Made by a program: the position numbers and the translations under genes | Shown here: in pieces, positions 1 to 12,383 of the stretch | Layout: the number at the start of each line of letters is the position of its first letter | Position numbering within the stretch: the stretch's first letter is position 1 | The notes under the pieces: generated by a model | Seen by the model: the letters and a program-made list of their open reading frames with translations, nothing else | What the model was told of the DNA's origin: nothing | Databases searched by the model: none | Source of the DNA: Macrostomum lignano | Lineage: Eukaryota | Assembly: GCA_002269645.1 (NCBI GenBank) | Contig: NIVC01000926.1 | Coordinates: forward strand, 124,001 to 188,000 | Reading direction: 5' to 3' | DNA length: 64,000 nucleotides

Positions 1-248
1 ACGAGCCCAGTGAATTCTCGAACAGTGCATCACCAGCCAATCCGTGCCACCCGCCGTCTTCGAGCTGCCAGTCCAGTTATCACGGCTAAATAAACTGCGC
101 TATATGAGTCGGTTCGACCCCGCCCGGTGAGCTAAAATTACGTTTTTCGGGTTGCGTTCGCGTTTTTTGGGGACTCTCTGCACGTGACTCCCCTCCATCC
201 TCGCCGCCTCATCGCTTCACTTACTCACCTTGCTCACCTGCACTCTTC

Positions 249-389
249 GATTGGCTCGGAGTGTCTGTACGCCCCAGCTAATCCATCACCTCGTATCTCT
301 TGATTGGTCCGGAGTGTCTGTACGCTCCGACAAATCCCTCGTCTCGCATCCCTTGATTGGTCCGGAGTGTCTGTACGCCCCGGCCAATC
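249..389. repeat. Three 35-nt hairpin units spaced 53 bp apart
   Basis: GATTGG(C/T)(T/C)CGGAGTGTCTGTACGC..C..(C/A/T)AATC at 249-283, 302-336 and 355-389; each copy is self-complementary around an invariant GTGTCTGTACGC core. Confidence 0.85.
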
Positions 390-819
390 CTTCACATTCA
401 CCTCGCTTTCTCATTCACCTCGGTGACTCCCGGGCCGGCTCTGAGTGGCTATCCGCTCCGCTGACCGCGGCAGTACCCCGAGCCTTCCGTGACCGAGGAG
501 TGCCTGTGCGCCCCGAGTCGCATCTCTCCCTCTTTCCCTCGGAGTGGCCATCCGCCTCGAGGAGCGCCGGTCGTTCGCCTTCTGTCCATCCCTCCGCCGC
601 GCACCCGGGGGCAGTCCCGCACCGAACCCGCTACCCGGGGAAAACAAACGACCGGGCTAGACGAGATCGCAGCCCGCGAGTACAACAACTGTAGCATGCG
701 CAGGCAGGCAGTTCGGGCACTCAGTTTGCACTCCGTGACCCCCACCCAGCCTATCCACTTCCCCCTGCTCGAGCACATCCCAACGCGCACTCAATTAACC
801 GGAAATCTGAGTTTCGCCA

Positions 820-3800
820 GTCAATAAATATGCAGACACAGCCACCTTTTATTTATCCAACTTTTTAAGTGGCTAACTAACACTCGCAATAACCAGCTAG
901 AGTTGCCCGCTACAGTAACCTTTAAACCATACATTTGTAACTTGCTAGCAAATTTGACCAAAAATACGCTCAAAGGGTGTCCACAGTGGCTATCATGGTG
1001 TCCAGCTTTCACATATTCCATATTCGTGTGTATCGTTTCATAAGGAAAGCGTACGTAAGAAAACTATATACACGCAGAGGATCAACGGATAAATTATTCC
1101 GTAAATCCCCCTAAATAAGGCGTGAAATAAAATTATTACCTTCCACCCGAGAGTTCTCGTCAGCAAATTTTGGCTCTCGCTAGTCAGTTCTCCATCATGT
1201 TGGTCAAGGATACTGCGAAAATCTCCCTCGCTCATCACTACCTGTGTTGCATTGGTTGACGTTAAAGCGGTGCAGTAGGCCAGCAGAATCTAAGATGGAT
1301 GGACAGCGCATCACATTATTGTACATTGGACAGTAGACACTGTTAGGGCGTGCCAGGAAGCATGGATAACTCAACTTACCGAATACTCGAGCAAGTTGTT
1401 TTTTTTTCGATACTTTGGCGATGCAACTGTGTTACAGGTATATCACTTCCTGAACCAGGGAGTATAAAAATTAGATCACTGTAGTCTCCATGAGCTTGGC
1501 CACCACGTTGACGTCCTGAGCGGCGAGCGACCCCCGATTGAAATTCTGTTTGGCATCGATTTGAACCTTTATTTTTTCTAGGTGTACATCTGAATTTGGG
1601 ACGGTCGTTTTGTTTTAATATGTTATTTCGTCTGCAACGCGAACCTTTTGTGTTCATTGGGCAGCAGTCGGGTTCATCCGGGTCGACGAAAAGTGAGTGC
1701 ATGCTTCCAGGGTCCTCCGGGTCGATGAAAGGTGAGTGCATGCTGCCAGGGTCCTCCGGGTTGACGAAAGGTGAGTGGCATTCAGGTTCTTCCGGTGTGG
1801 GTGAATGGGCGTAATCAGATTCGTCCATGACTAGCCCTTCCAACGTACAAAGAACGACGTCCTTGCCTTTTCTTTCTGTCCCATCCTTCTGTTGCCACAT
1901 CCTCAGTTATCTCAGATTTCCTTTTTCTCCTGAAGCATGCCGCATGTGTTCGCTGCAAAATGCGACACTCCGATACTCGTCGAAGAACAAGTGGGACATA
2001 GTGCTCAATAAACTTCGTTAACGAGGTTTTAACCGAAAACTTTTTTTTTACCATTGCGAACCAGCTTTCTACATGTGCGTTTGAATAAAACGATTTTGTA
2101 TATTTTTCTATTAAATGACTCCACGAAAACATGGCCCAAAAGGATAATATTGCCAGGTATCGAAGTAGAAAAAAGTCTATCCGCTGGGGACAGTAAAACT
2201 CATTTTGTTTCAGTTGTTGATGTGCTGATATGGTCGCCGTTGGGTCTATATTTTGATCGAGAATCCGCTTAAAGTAAATGTAATGCGGGGAGTTCTTTAG
2301 GATTGCTTCGCCGTCTGATTCTATCGTGGTATCTGTGTCGTGAGTCAGCAATTTAAATTCGGCGAGGTCACTATACCCGTTACCATGTTGCAGAAAGCTC
2401 GCCACTCTCTTTCGGGCAGCCACTGTATGTTCTACATAACGAGACCCAAAAATAGTAAGTGTGTCTTTAATGATCCCGACGCAAGTATCCTGATTGTTGG
2501 AATACTGGATTAAGGAAAAAACTTTAGAAACAATGTCCGGCATCGTGGAGTGATGGATAGTTTCTTGCAATAGTCCGACACGGATTTAATAACGTGGTTA
2601 CTACACAGGAAGACTCCATAACTTATCTCACTTGGAACTTGTTGCATGAAAAAGTGGTAGTGCATGTTAAGGTATGTAGCCACATCAGTATGGTGGAAGT
2701 CGAGACAAGCGTGGATCTGTGCCCAAGAAAAATCTGTGACGAAAAGTATGCTTACATCAGTTGAGCAGGGCGTGCTCATAAATTGCACAATTTTATGTCG
2801 TAAAACCTTCAAGAAGTGAGAAATCGATGCAACGTTGTGCGAGTCGGATATTGAATTGGCGACAGAAGCAGATGGTACAGAATTCGTTGCCGATGTGACG
2901 ATAGAATACAGCAGTATGGAGCCAGGTGAAGTACTTTTCTCAATCAGGGATCCCGTGGCGTCTATATGCAATACCGTAAGGTGCAGCGTTGCGCAGCATT
3001 GACGAAGCAGTGTTATCTCATTTTGGGAAAACATTACTACGCGGAGTGGGTCTAAACAACGTTCAAGTATCATTCCGGGTAGCAATGGATGAGTAAATTT
3101 CTCTTCATATACCAATTTCAGCTTCCCTAAGGCAACGAAAAGCAGAGGGTGTAGCTGCTCCTCTTTTTCCATTTGACTTTTAATATTGTGCATGACAGTT
3201 TTTGTTTCGCATGCATCCCAGTTACAAGACAATATAAAAGGCAAATTATCTAGCGACAAAAAACGCCTTCTAAACGCCTCCGTAGGTCCTAACTCTCGAA
3301 TATCCGAACAAAATTCAGCTCTCTCTCTCCTTGTTGTTCGTCTGAAATAGCCGACCGTCGCCGCTGTGATTTAATTCTCCCGAGACGCCTACATCCCATT
3401 GCCATCTCTGCTGTGAGTGTGGAGGCCGTCGCATCACTAGTCTATACTTTCGAGCACAACCTTCAATTTTACATAAAACTTTGATGGTCCAAAAATTCTG
3501 CTTTGATTTCCTTGAATTGTAGCTTCTAACATAGTTGTAACCAGTCATTTTTAGGCAACATGTAGTGACAGATTTCATTGCACGGCAAATAGCTTCATTA
3601 GTGTTCGGCAGTGAGTATCTATAGCGACGCCCCCAATTGGGTCTCCTCCAATCGTAAATTGATTAGACGGATATCTTCCTCACCTATCTCTATACTTAGT
3701 CGCTCAGACGCTTCACAAAACTGAATCTCTTCTTCAAACGATAGATTAGTAGAGGAGCTAGCACCAAACGAAGTACTAAGCCTGCAGGATTCATTTAACT

Positions 3801-4158
3801 CAGCGGCTTCAACCCCTTCCTGGACGGAGGGTTCATCGCTTTCATCGTCAGTGTCCAGGTTTTCAACGAAATTGCAGTCAGGTTTATGTGTCTCCGAACT
3901 GGTGTTACTACTTTCGTTCACAGACTGTACACTATCGTTTCTTTTGCTTTCATCCCTCCGTCGATCTTCAGCGGACGCTCGGACAGGAGACGCGAGCACG
4001 TTATTTTTTTCACATCTTCCCTTTACAGCCTTTTTTCTCGAACGGAATCCCGTGCCATCCGCTTCTCTATAACCATTCGATCTGCGAATGGAATTCCACA
4101 ATATGACTCGATTACGTAACCGATTTCTAATTTTCAGAACCTTACACAGGTAGGTGTA
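820..4158 (-). pseudogene. NOF/Foldback-like MULE (Mutator) DDE transposase, frameshifted; upstream part displaced to beyond 33391 by the Maverick insertion
   Basis: ORFs 3315-3578 (CKIEGC...ELNH zinc-domain-like), 2510-3259 (LHIDATGS = D1, TDFSWA = D2, FLCSNH = CxxH) and 1815-2570 (NAHVESWF = E) are colinear and broken by frameshifts. The small ORFs at 821-1238 may be a C-terminal domain. Confidence 0.7.
1670..1808. repeat. 39-bp coding minisatellite, about 3.5 copies
   Basis: Repeated GGGTCCTCCGGGTCGATGAAAGGTGAGTGCATGCT; translates as F(V/I)(N/D)PEDPGSMHSP in ORF 1376-1900. Confidence 0.85.
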
Positions 4159-4499
4159 AGTAGTATGTAAAAAGACGAGCACAGACCCAGAACCCCCTTT
4201 TTAAAATATGCGTTTTTAAGGTCTAGAGGGGGGACACGGGGGGAAATTTAAAGAACACATCTAAACACCCTCCAGCACCCTCCAACACATAAAAACACAC
4301 CTAACACATAAAAACACATCTAACACTATTAACACTTCGAATCAAGTCCCCCGTGTCCCCCCTCTAGACCTTAAAAACGCATATTTAAATAAGGTCTGAT
4401 CTGTGCTCGTCTTTCCACACACTACTACACACACAAACTCTCTAGAACCCGTCGCACGCGCCGCAGGCGCGAAGGGTCTTTTTCTGTTACTAAAAATGA
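4159..4499 (+). repeat. Left TIR (341 bp) containing a 268-nt palindrome
   Basis: Reverse complement of 33045-33385 with scattered substitutions; arms 4159-4243 and 4348-4426 pair around an A/C-rich loop. Confidence 0.93.
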
Positions 4500-4781
4500 G
4501 CCGAGTTTACATGAATTTCACATGATACATGCTAACGAATATAAAAATTCATGTGCTGTTTTACACACAATGCACCGAGGACAGAGAATAAAAGCGTCTA
4601 TTGTGCTACAGCGGGGCAGGCCATTTTTGGATAGAGAATCTTTTGTGTTTGCGCCATCTATATTTTCTATACAAAAAAAGAGTAAAAAAGAGCTATAAAA
4701 TAAAACCGCTCGAGATGCTTGTACACTACCCTTTCTTTAGTGTCTGCAACTTAATTTTTCTGTTACTAAAAATAGACAAAA

Positions 4782-5177
4782 ATGACACACGTTACACATA
4801 TGCAAAATATGAATGAATTGCAGGTAGGAGACCCAGTTGAATACCGAGGTGAGGGTCTTTTTGATGTGGTTGGAACAGCAGCAAACTTCGTTAAAGATAA
4901 TATGGGTCTTATAGGCCAAGCAGGCTCTGCAGCAGGTTCTATAACAAACGCTGTAAAGGGTGGAATTGAAGCAGCGAGGGCAGTAGAAGAACTAAAGAAA
5001 TTGAGAGAATTTAACGACACCCTCTCACAAATAAAAGCAATAAAAGATTTGAAACTAGCGCAGGAAGCAACTCAAGCCGCACAACCAACAGAAACCCCCA
5101 CGAAAACCACACCAATAAGCAATAAAGATATTCAGGATTTTAATAAAATGTTAACCACAATTAAAGGTGGAAAATGA
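4782..5177 (+). CDS. Maverick 131-aa Gly/Ala-rich protein of unknown function (possible virion protein)
   Basis: Intact ORF, first gene after the left TIR, ends in IKGGK. Confidence 0.65.
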   Translation: MTHVTHMQNMNELQVGDPVEYRGEGLFDVVGTAANFVKDNMGLIGQAGSAAGSITNAVKGGIEAARAVEELKKLREFNDTLSQIKAIKDLKLAQEATQAAQPTETPTKTTPISNKDIQDFNKMLTTIKGGK

Positions 5178-5202
5178 TTAAAAAAATTTTAACAATATAA
5201 AA

Positions 5203-6177
5203 ATGGACACGGATAACGACCGTTTATATTTTATAGGAGAAATTGTAGATACTTTAAATCTAGATGATAATAAACATAGCCACACAATGTTAAAAAGATT
5301 GGATCGTTTAGGTAAAAAACTTGACTACGATATCGATACATTTAAACTTGCTGCAAAATATGCACAAGAAGGAAGGCCAATATCCTTTAAGAATCGCGGT
5401 AGAAATTATAGGCTGACAGACTCCGATGTAAAATTTTTATTGGAGACTCACACTAAAAAAGACGGCGGATTGTTACCTATTTTACCAATTCTTTTAGGCC
5501 TCGGAGCAGCCGGAGCAGCCGGTTTAGCAGGCAAAAGAATTCATGATAACCGAAAACAGTTAGCAGAATTAAAAGCAAAACAGGGGGGTATACTTCCACT
5601 TGCAACTTTGTTACCAATAATTTTTGCAGGAATAGGAGCAGCTGGAGGAGTTGCTGGTGGAGCAGCTGGAATTGCAAAAGCAGTAAATGACAAAAAAGCT
5701 GCGGATGAAAAAGCCAAAAGAGAGGCCGAATTTCAAAGACAGCAAATAACGCAGGATGCTCAATTCAAACAGAAACTCATTGACACTATTAATTGTAGTT
5801 CAGCAACAGCAGAGCAAAAAAGAAATGCAGAAGCTAGGTTAGCAGCCGGAAAAGGTTTACTGTTAAATGGCAGCGGTTTGGTACTAAAAGGAACAACCCA
5901 AGGAAGTGGAGTTGTAGCAGATAAACTACAGGAATTTGGTCAAACTTTAGAAAAAACGGGTGAGAAAGCTAAAGGATTTTTTGACAATATTGGAGCTAAT
6001 TTTAGGCCAGCAGTTCAGAAGATTTTTAATAAGTTAGGAAAAGATTTTAACATAATTGAAAAACACGATGGAAGCGGATTATATCTCGAAATGAGACCAA
6101 AAGCAGGTTCAGGAATTTTCTTAAATTCAAATGTTATGGGCAACGGACTACTGTTACCAAAAGCAGATCTCGAATAA
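5203..6177 (+). CDS. Adenovirus pX-like core/membrane-active precursor protein
   Basis: Two GG(L/I)LP-hydrophobic-GAAG segments (KDGGLLPILPILLGLGAAG; KQGGILPLATLLPIIFAGIGAAGGVAGGAAGIAKAVN) resembling adenovirus pX GGILPLLIP; repeated G(K/S/N)G(L/I)(L/Y/F/V)L motifs. Confidence 0.7.
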   Translation: MDTDNDRLYFIGEIVDTLNLDDNKHSHTMLKRLDRLGKKLDYDIDTFKLAAKYAQEGRPISFKNRGRNYRLTDSDVKFLLETHTKKDGGLLPILPILLGLGAAGAAGLAGKRIHDNRKQLAELKAKQGGILPLATLLPIIFAGIGAAGGVAGGAAGIAKAVNDKKAADEKAKREAEFQRQQITQDAQFKQKLIDTINCSSATAEQKRNAEARLAAGKGLLLNGSGLVLKGTTQGSGVVADKLQEFGQTLEKTGEKAKGFFDNIGANFRPAVQKIFNKLGKDFNIIEKHDGSGLYLEMRPKAGSGIFLNSNVMGNGLLLPKADLE

Positions 6178-6203
6178 AGACTATATAAATTTTATTCTAT
6201 AAA

Positions 6204-9200
6204 ATGGAAGCTATTTTAGCCAAAATCGATAATCCTGAAATTAGAGCACAATTAATAGCTCAATTGGAATTAGAAAGAGCTAATATAGAAGCAGAAATTA
6301 GAGCAAAATATGAAAAACGTTTAGAAAGACAATTAAATGATATTGACAACCCCCAACCACAAAGACAAAATGGAGCTGAAGTAATAGATATAGATATAGA
6401 TATAAATACAAATTATAAAGAATATTTTAAACAAATGAAAGATAAATTAAAGACCATATTAAACAATTATACTATAAGGCCAAATAACAAACGACAGCCA
6501 ATTAAGTATAAAATAGAAGTTGAAACAGAATTTAAAAAACCAAATATACTTAATGCAAATTCAGAAATTGAAGTAATAAATAACTTTTCACAAGAATCAT
6601 ATAAAACATTACTATCAATGAGAAATTACGACAATCAATTTAATCAAATAGAAGCTGAGTTTGATGAATGGATAGATAAGATGACAGAAAACGGATCTGG
6701 GTTTATATTTGTATCTTTTAATTCAGCAACAGTAAAGATTGTTCCTATTGAAATTCTTAAAGGGCGATCACATATGAATCCAGGATTTAAATCACACATG
6801 ATCATAAATCCAGACAATAGTGATAATAAATGTTTATTATGGTGTTTATTAATTCATAAATATCACAATCAAGTAGAATCACACACTAATAGAATATATA
6901 ATTATAGACAATATGAGAATGAAATAATAATGGAAAACATATCATACCCAGTAGCCATAGATGATATATATAAGATTGAAAAAATGAATGGGTTAAATAT
7001 TAATGTGTTTACAATTGAACAGCCAGAAGAAGAAAATCCAACCGATAAAGATTGGTATAAGAAAAACTGTTATTTAGTAAAGCCAGCAACTGATATAACA
7101 GCACCCAATCAAATCGACCTTTTGTACATACAGAATGAAAATGAAACACATTATATCTACATAAAGGACATTAGTTCATTTTTAGAAGTAAATAAAAATA
7201 GAATGCTATTATGTAGAAACTGTTTCACATTTAAAAAGAATGAAACAGCTCTTAAAAATCATCAACGATTTTGCTTAGATCATAAATTTACTAATGTTGT
7301 AATGCCAGATTATGAAGATGCAACCCTAAAGTTCCAACAACATTATATGGCAATTAAAAAACCAATAGTAATATATGCTGATTTTGAAGCAACAAATGTT
7401 CCCTTAAAAGAATCACAGACAGTATCTGATGGCGAATGCACAAAAAAATTAGCACAACAGTTTCCTAATAGTTATTGTATATATGTACACTCAGTAGCCA
7501 ATCATATATTTAAATCAAGGCTGATTACTTACCACGGCAAGGACGCAGCAAAACACATGGCAGAATCATTAGTAAATGCATTTGAAGTTATACAAAATCA
7601 ATATGATAAATTATCAAAAAATATTATTATGACAGATAAGGATAGAGACAATTATAAAAATGCAACAAATTGTTTTATGTGCAAAAGGTATTTAAGTAAG
7701 AATAATAAAATACGAGAACATTGTCATCTAACGGGAAAATATCGTGGGGCAGCATGTAGATCATGTAACGCAAAAGAAGGAAAAGGCTGTAAGGAAATAC
7801 CAGTATTTTTTCATAATGGTTCCGGATATGATTTTCATTTCTTAGTTCGAGAATTGCTACATTTAGGAAAGGATGAATATGAAGTAAATATATTACCTAA
7901 AACATCAGAAAATTACATATCAATAACATATGGTAAGAAATACTCCCATCTAGTTTTTCTAGACTCCTTGAGATTCTTATCAACCTCCCTAGCGAATGTT
8001 GTTTCATCATTAGTTCCAAAACCATGGGATTTAGAAATAGTAAAGAAAAACTTTCCAATACTATTGAATCGTTTCAAAAAAGAAAAACTATCCGAGGAAG
8101 AACTAATGCTATTAACTCGTAAGGGCATCTATCCATATGAATATGTAACATCTGAAAACGTATTTAGTGATACTCAACTACCCCCAATTGATAAGTTTTA
8201 TTCAACATTATCACAATCAAATATAAGTGAATCGGATTATGAACACGCTCAAAAAGTATGGAAATACTTTAATTGTAAAACATTTAAAGATTATCATAAT
8301 CTATATCTTAAAGCAGATATTCTCCTATTAGCTGATGCATTTGAAAACTTTAGGAATCATACATATGAGAACTTCAAAATTGATCCCGCATATTGTTTTA
8401 GTGCACCAGGTGATTGAGAAAGGAATTCGCGGCGGATTCTCGGGGGTACTAGGAGATAGATATACTAAAGTAAATAATAAATATCTACCAAATTATAATA
8501 AAAAAGAAAAATCATCATATGTATTATATCTAGATGCAAACAATTTATACGGTGGTTGTATGAAACAAAAATTACCAATAGCTGATTTCCAATGGGAAGA
8601 CGATCCCGATTATTACAAAAACATTCCCGAAGGAAGGGGTTGTATTGTAGAAGTGGATTTGCTATATACTCGGGAAGCAAAAGCAAAAACATATAAATAT
8701 CCTTTAGCTCCAGAGCATTGTTCAGTTAATGAAGATGATTTATCACAAACACAAAAAGATTATCTTAAAGCTGATAATACAAAACATCTAGCAACAAAAA
8801 AGTTAATACTAAATTTACATGATAAGAAAAACTATGTAGTGCATTATAAGCTTCTACAATTTTATGAAAAACAGGGATTAAAAGTGTCTAAAGTACATCG
8901 AACAATATCGTTTATTGAGGAAGATTGGTTAGCTAAATATATTGACTTTAATTCAAATCAGAGACAGATGTCAAAATCAAATTTTGAGAAAGATTATTGG
9001 AAATTAATGAATAATGCTTTTTATGGAAAAACGGTTGAAAATATTAGAGATAGAACCCAATTCCATTTAGAAAAGGATATTGATAAAGCAAAGAAATATT
9101 TCTCAAAACCTAACTTTAAAGACTTTATAAAATTTTGATGAGGACGCACTTTTTCCCAAATCCCGCGCTAGCACATGGGCTCTAAACTTACTTGCCTACT

Positions 9201-12039
9201 AACAGTGGGCAGTGGGCATTTTTATCCTTTTTCTGCGAATTTTCATAGAATCTATACTAGATATAATGTCTGGCCATACTAGTAGTCATAATAACATAGG
9301 CGCAGCTTTTTGGGTCGTAAATCATCGCTTTCGAAGCTGATCTGACAGCCACCTGCGCCTCACTCAGTGTTGAAGCGGGCGCCAGATGGTCTGAGAGGAT
9401 GCGGGCGGTAGCTTTTTTTTCTCATCATTTTGACAGGCCATCAAGATTTATGAGGTCAGAGCCTATTGTTCGGATTCACTCAAGCGTGTGACAGCTTTGA
9501 CAGCTATGCGTTGTACCCCTAAAAGTACCTTGGGATCAGCGATTAGCGATTTCTCTTCATTATCTTCACTTTCTATTTAATAAGAGCTTTCTAATGTATA
9601 TTTTTTCATTAATTTCTGTCAATCCTACGCGAAAAGTCATAAATCATTTTGTTGCGATTTTGAGTGATTTATGGCCGCACCTGTCATCTTTTTACGACCC
9701 TGTGGGAACTGATAGGATCTCTCGGTCACGTGATTCTGGGTAGCAACGAGCTTAGCCAATCAGAAAATTCGGCGCTCATTTTAACAAAACGGCTCAGCCA
9801 ATCAGAATCGACGTGTTCCGTTATAACAAACTGCGGTCCAGTTGGCGGCTATTTAAACCGGAGTTTTTGGCCCGCTCGGACGCAACTTCTTCTTACTTTG
9901 GCTCGGGCCCAGCGCGCAGCTTCTGGTTCCCGGAGCACGACCGTCGTTTCTTGATCCCCGGATTGCAACTTCCCCCATCATCATCAAGGACGAGTCCCCC
10001 GGTCGACAGCAGCGAACATCCAGTTAAGAGCATCACCTGCTAGCTAACAGCGAAGATTGTGACAGCATCATCCCGAGTCTACAGCTGCAGAGCATCGAGC
10101 CGATTCGGTCACTGTGGAATACCTGGTCTCCGGCTGTTGAGTTTCTGATTGGTTGGGTGAGAGGCTACCTAGACTTGCTTGATTGGGTGATCCCTTTTCT
10201 GTCCCCTGTTGCAGTAGCTGAATTAGGCGCACAATTTTGCTCATTTTGTTCAGTAGTGCTGTTGCTGAGGCAGGAATCATTCAATAATACTGCCAGTAGT
10301 CTAAGACTCCAATTCAATCTAAAGTGTGAAGTGAATTAAGGAGAAGATTAAATCTAACAGTTATCTTTGTCGGCTTTATTTCTTTGTTCGCCGATGGCTC
10401 AGATGAGTAGCTAAGCTAGTAGGCGCCGGTCACAGTGGACCAATGGCAAGGCAGTTCTCAGTCGACCAATCTAACAAATCAGTGAGCAAAACTGCCAAAA
10501 GTGCAGAATCGGCGCCAGAGATGTACTTTGTGCACTCTAGGGTAGCCAAGCGGCTCGGGTAAATGAATCATGCGGTCTCTGAAGTTCGAGTTAGCCTATC
10601 ATCAGCGCTATGAGAGGCTAGTTGGCGCGTTGAAGGCTAGAAGTACATATCTTCGTATTTAGCAATGTAATAGTACATGTAGCTACCCATAGACTCGCCA
10701 CCGCAAGAATCCCCTGCACAAGTCCCCTCTGTACCTGCATGGCCAACGCGATCTAGTCCCAGCAGTGTCCCTTATCATCGGCTATGACTTCGAGATTGAC
10801 AGCAAAAAGACACTAGTTGGCAGGTAAGTGCAAAGCCCCTTCTAGTCGGAAGCCCGATTTCGAGAGTCCCGGTGTGGTGAGCCAGGGCGCACGGGCTGGT
10901 GGCAGCAAGTTAGTTGATCTGCGGATTAGCTAATTTCTACTTTCAAAATTCTCCCTGCTCGTCTCTCGCTGTCCCTCTCTTAGCTATAGGACCTAGACTG
11001 CTCGCCACACGATCAAGCTACCATGGGGCTGACCATCTGACAGGAGTGGGGGGCCAGGTCTCTAATTGATTTATTTCTGAGCCTGAGGCCCGAAGGCTTC
11101 CCTAACAAGGAGCCCGAAGGTCGAATCCCATCAATTTGATGATAACTTTATGGGTATTCATATGAGAAATAAAACAACAAAATTTCTTAAACCAATATTT
11201 ATTGGAATGGTTGTTTTAGATTTTGCAAAGTTAGTAATGTATGAATACTATTATGATGTTATAAATAAAACGTGGCCAGATAACTATCCAATATATGCAG
11301 ATACTGACAGTTTGGTATTTAAGGTTGAAACACCAGATGTTTATAAAGATATGGAAAAAATTAAGGATACATTGGATACATCCGACTATCCGGATAACCA
11401 TCCCTTAAAATCAGATCAAAATAAAAAAGTTGTACTTAAAATGAAAGATGAATTAAATAGCAAAATCATAACTGAGTTTATAGCAATAAGATCAAAATGC
11501 TATGCATTTAAAGTTTTAGGACAGGAGGGAGAGGTAAAAAAATAAAAGGGGTATCGAGGGCAGCAGTTAAAAAGATAACATTTGATGATTATAAAAACGT
11601 ACTTTTAGATTATCTTAATACAATTGAAAATTATCATGCTCCACAATATCGATTAAATTCAGATAAGCATCAGATGTTTGTCATTGAGACAGATAAAAAA
11701 ACATTAAGTCCATTTGATGATAAAAGATATTTAGATGATAAAATTAAAACATTTCCATTTGGTTTAAAAGAAGAGATAAAAAATATGATAAAAGATAAAA
11801 AACAAAAAGAAGATATAATAAGCAAATATAGAGAATACAAAGAGGCAATAAATAATTATTATTACGATTGTGATTGCGAATCCGAATGTGAATGTGAATA
11901 TAATAAATATCTAGAATATGAAAAAGATATAGATAATTATTATGCAACATTTCCAAAAGAACTTAAAAAATTAAACAAGGAAAAAGTCTTGGATAACTGG
12001 AAGAGATTAACAGAAAAATTAATACCGGCAAAAAACTAA
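6204..12039 (+). pseudogene. polB: Protein-primed family B DNA polymerase with an embedded EndoVII-like zinc domain; disrupted
   Basis: YADFE, FHNGSGYDFH, KADILLLAD (exonuclease I-III); CFMC...EHCHLTGKYRGAACRSCN; YLDANNLYG, KLMNNAFYGK, YADTDS. Lesions: deletion with frameshift at about 8410 (SAPG joined to IEKGIRGG), solo LTR at 9136-11133, frameshift in an A-run at about 11543. Confidence 0.97.
9136..11133. mobile_element. Solo LTR (1998 bp), probably Ty3/Gypsy-type
   Basis: Termini TGATG...CATCA; 4-bp TSD ATTT at 9132-9135 and 11134-11137; removal restores polB ...DFIKFDDNFMGIHMR...; no coding capacity; CCAAT and TATA-like motifs near 9755-9860. Confidence 0.85.
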
Positions 12040-12294
12040 AGCATGTAATTGTTTAAGCATAATGTCCATTTCAATTTCGTATTTTATAGAACACCAATTG
12101 TCCTCACAATCAGCAGGATAACTTAAACATTCCTTTATTTTTTTCCTAAGTACTTTTATTTTTCTAACAAGACGATCAATTTCAATTTCAATTACTGTTT
12201 CAGCATAAGCAATTGCTTTTTGTATAAAACGTTTTCTTTTATCCAAGTAGTATCGAATAGGAAACACGTCGTCCCCGTAATCACTATAAAACAT
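12019..12294 (-). CDS. Maverick small hypothetical protein
   Basis: 91-aa ORF overlapping the polB end; no recognised motif. Confidence 0.4.
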   Translation of the reverse strand: MFYSDYGDDVFPIRYYLDKRKRFIQKAIAYAETVIEIEIDRLVRKIKVLRKKIKECLSYPADCEDNWCSIKYEIEMDIMLKQLHALVFCRY

Positions 12295-12383
12295 ATTATT
12301 TATTTTTTATTAATATCATTAAGTTCACGCTCTTTAGTGATAAGGATCATTTGTATCTCCATTTTCTTATAAAAAATTTAAAC

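Noticed and set aside
230-827. Protein-coding genes in the first 830 bp
   Set aside because: Overlapping low-complexity ORFs on both strands with no motifs; better explained as a GC-rich repeat or LTR-like region.
11075-11133. Hammerhead ribozyme at the solo LTR end
   Set aside because: CTGA and CGAA fragments are present, but the CUGANGA/GAAA core and three stems cannot be assembled.
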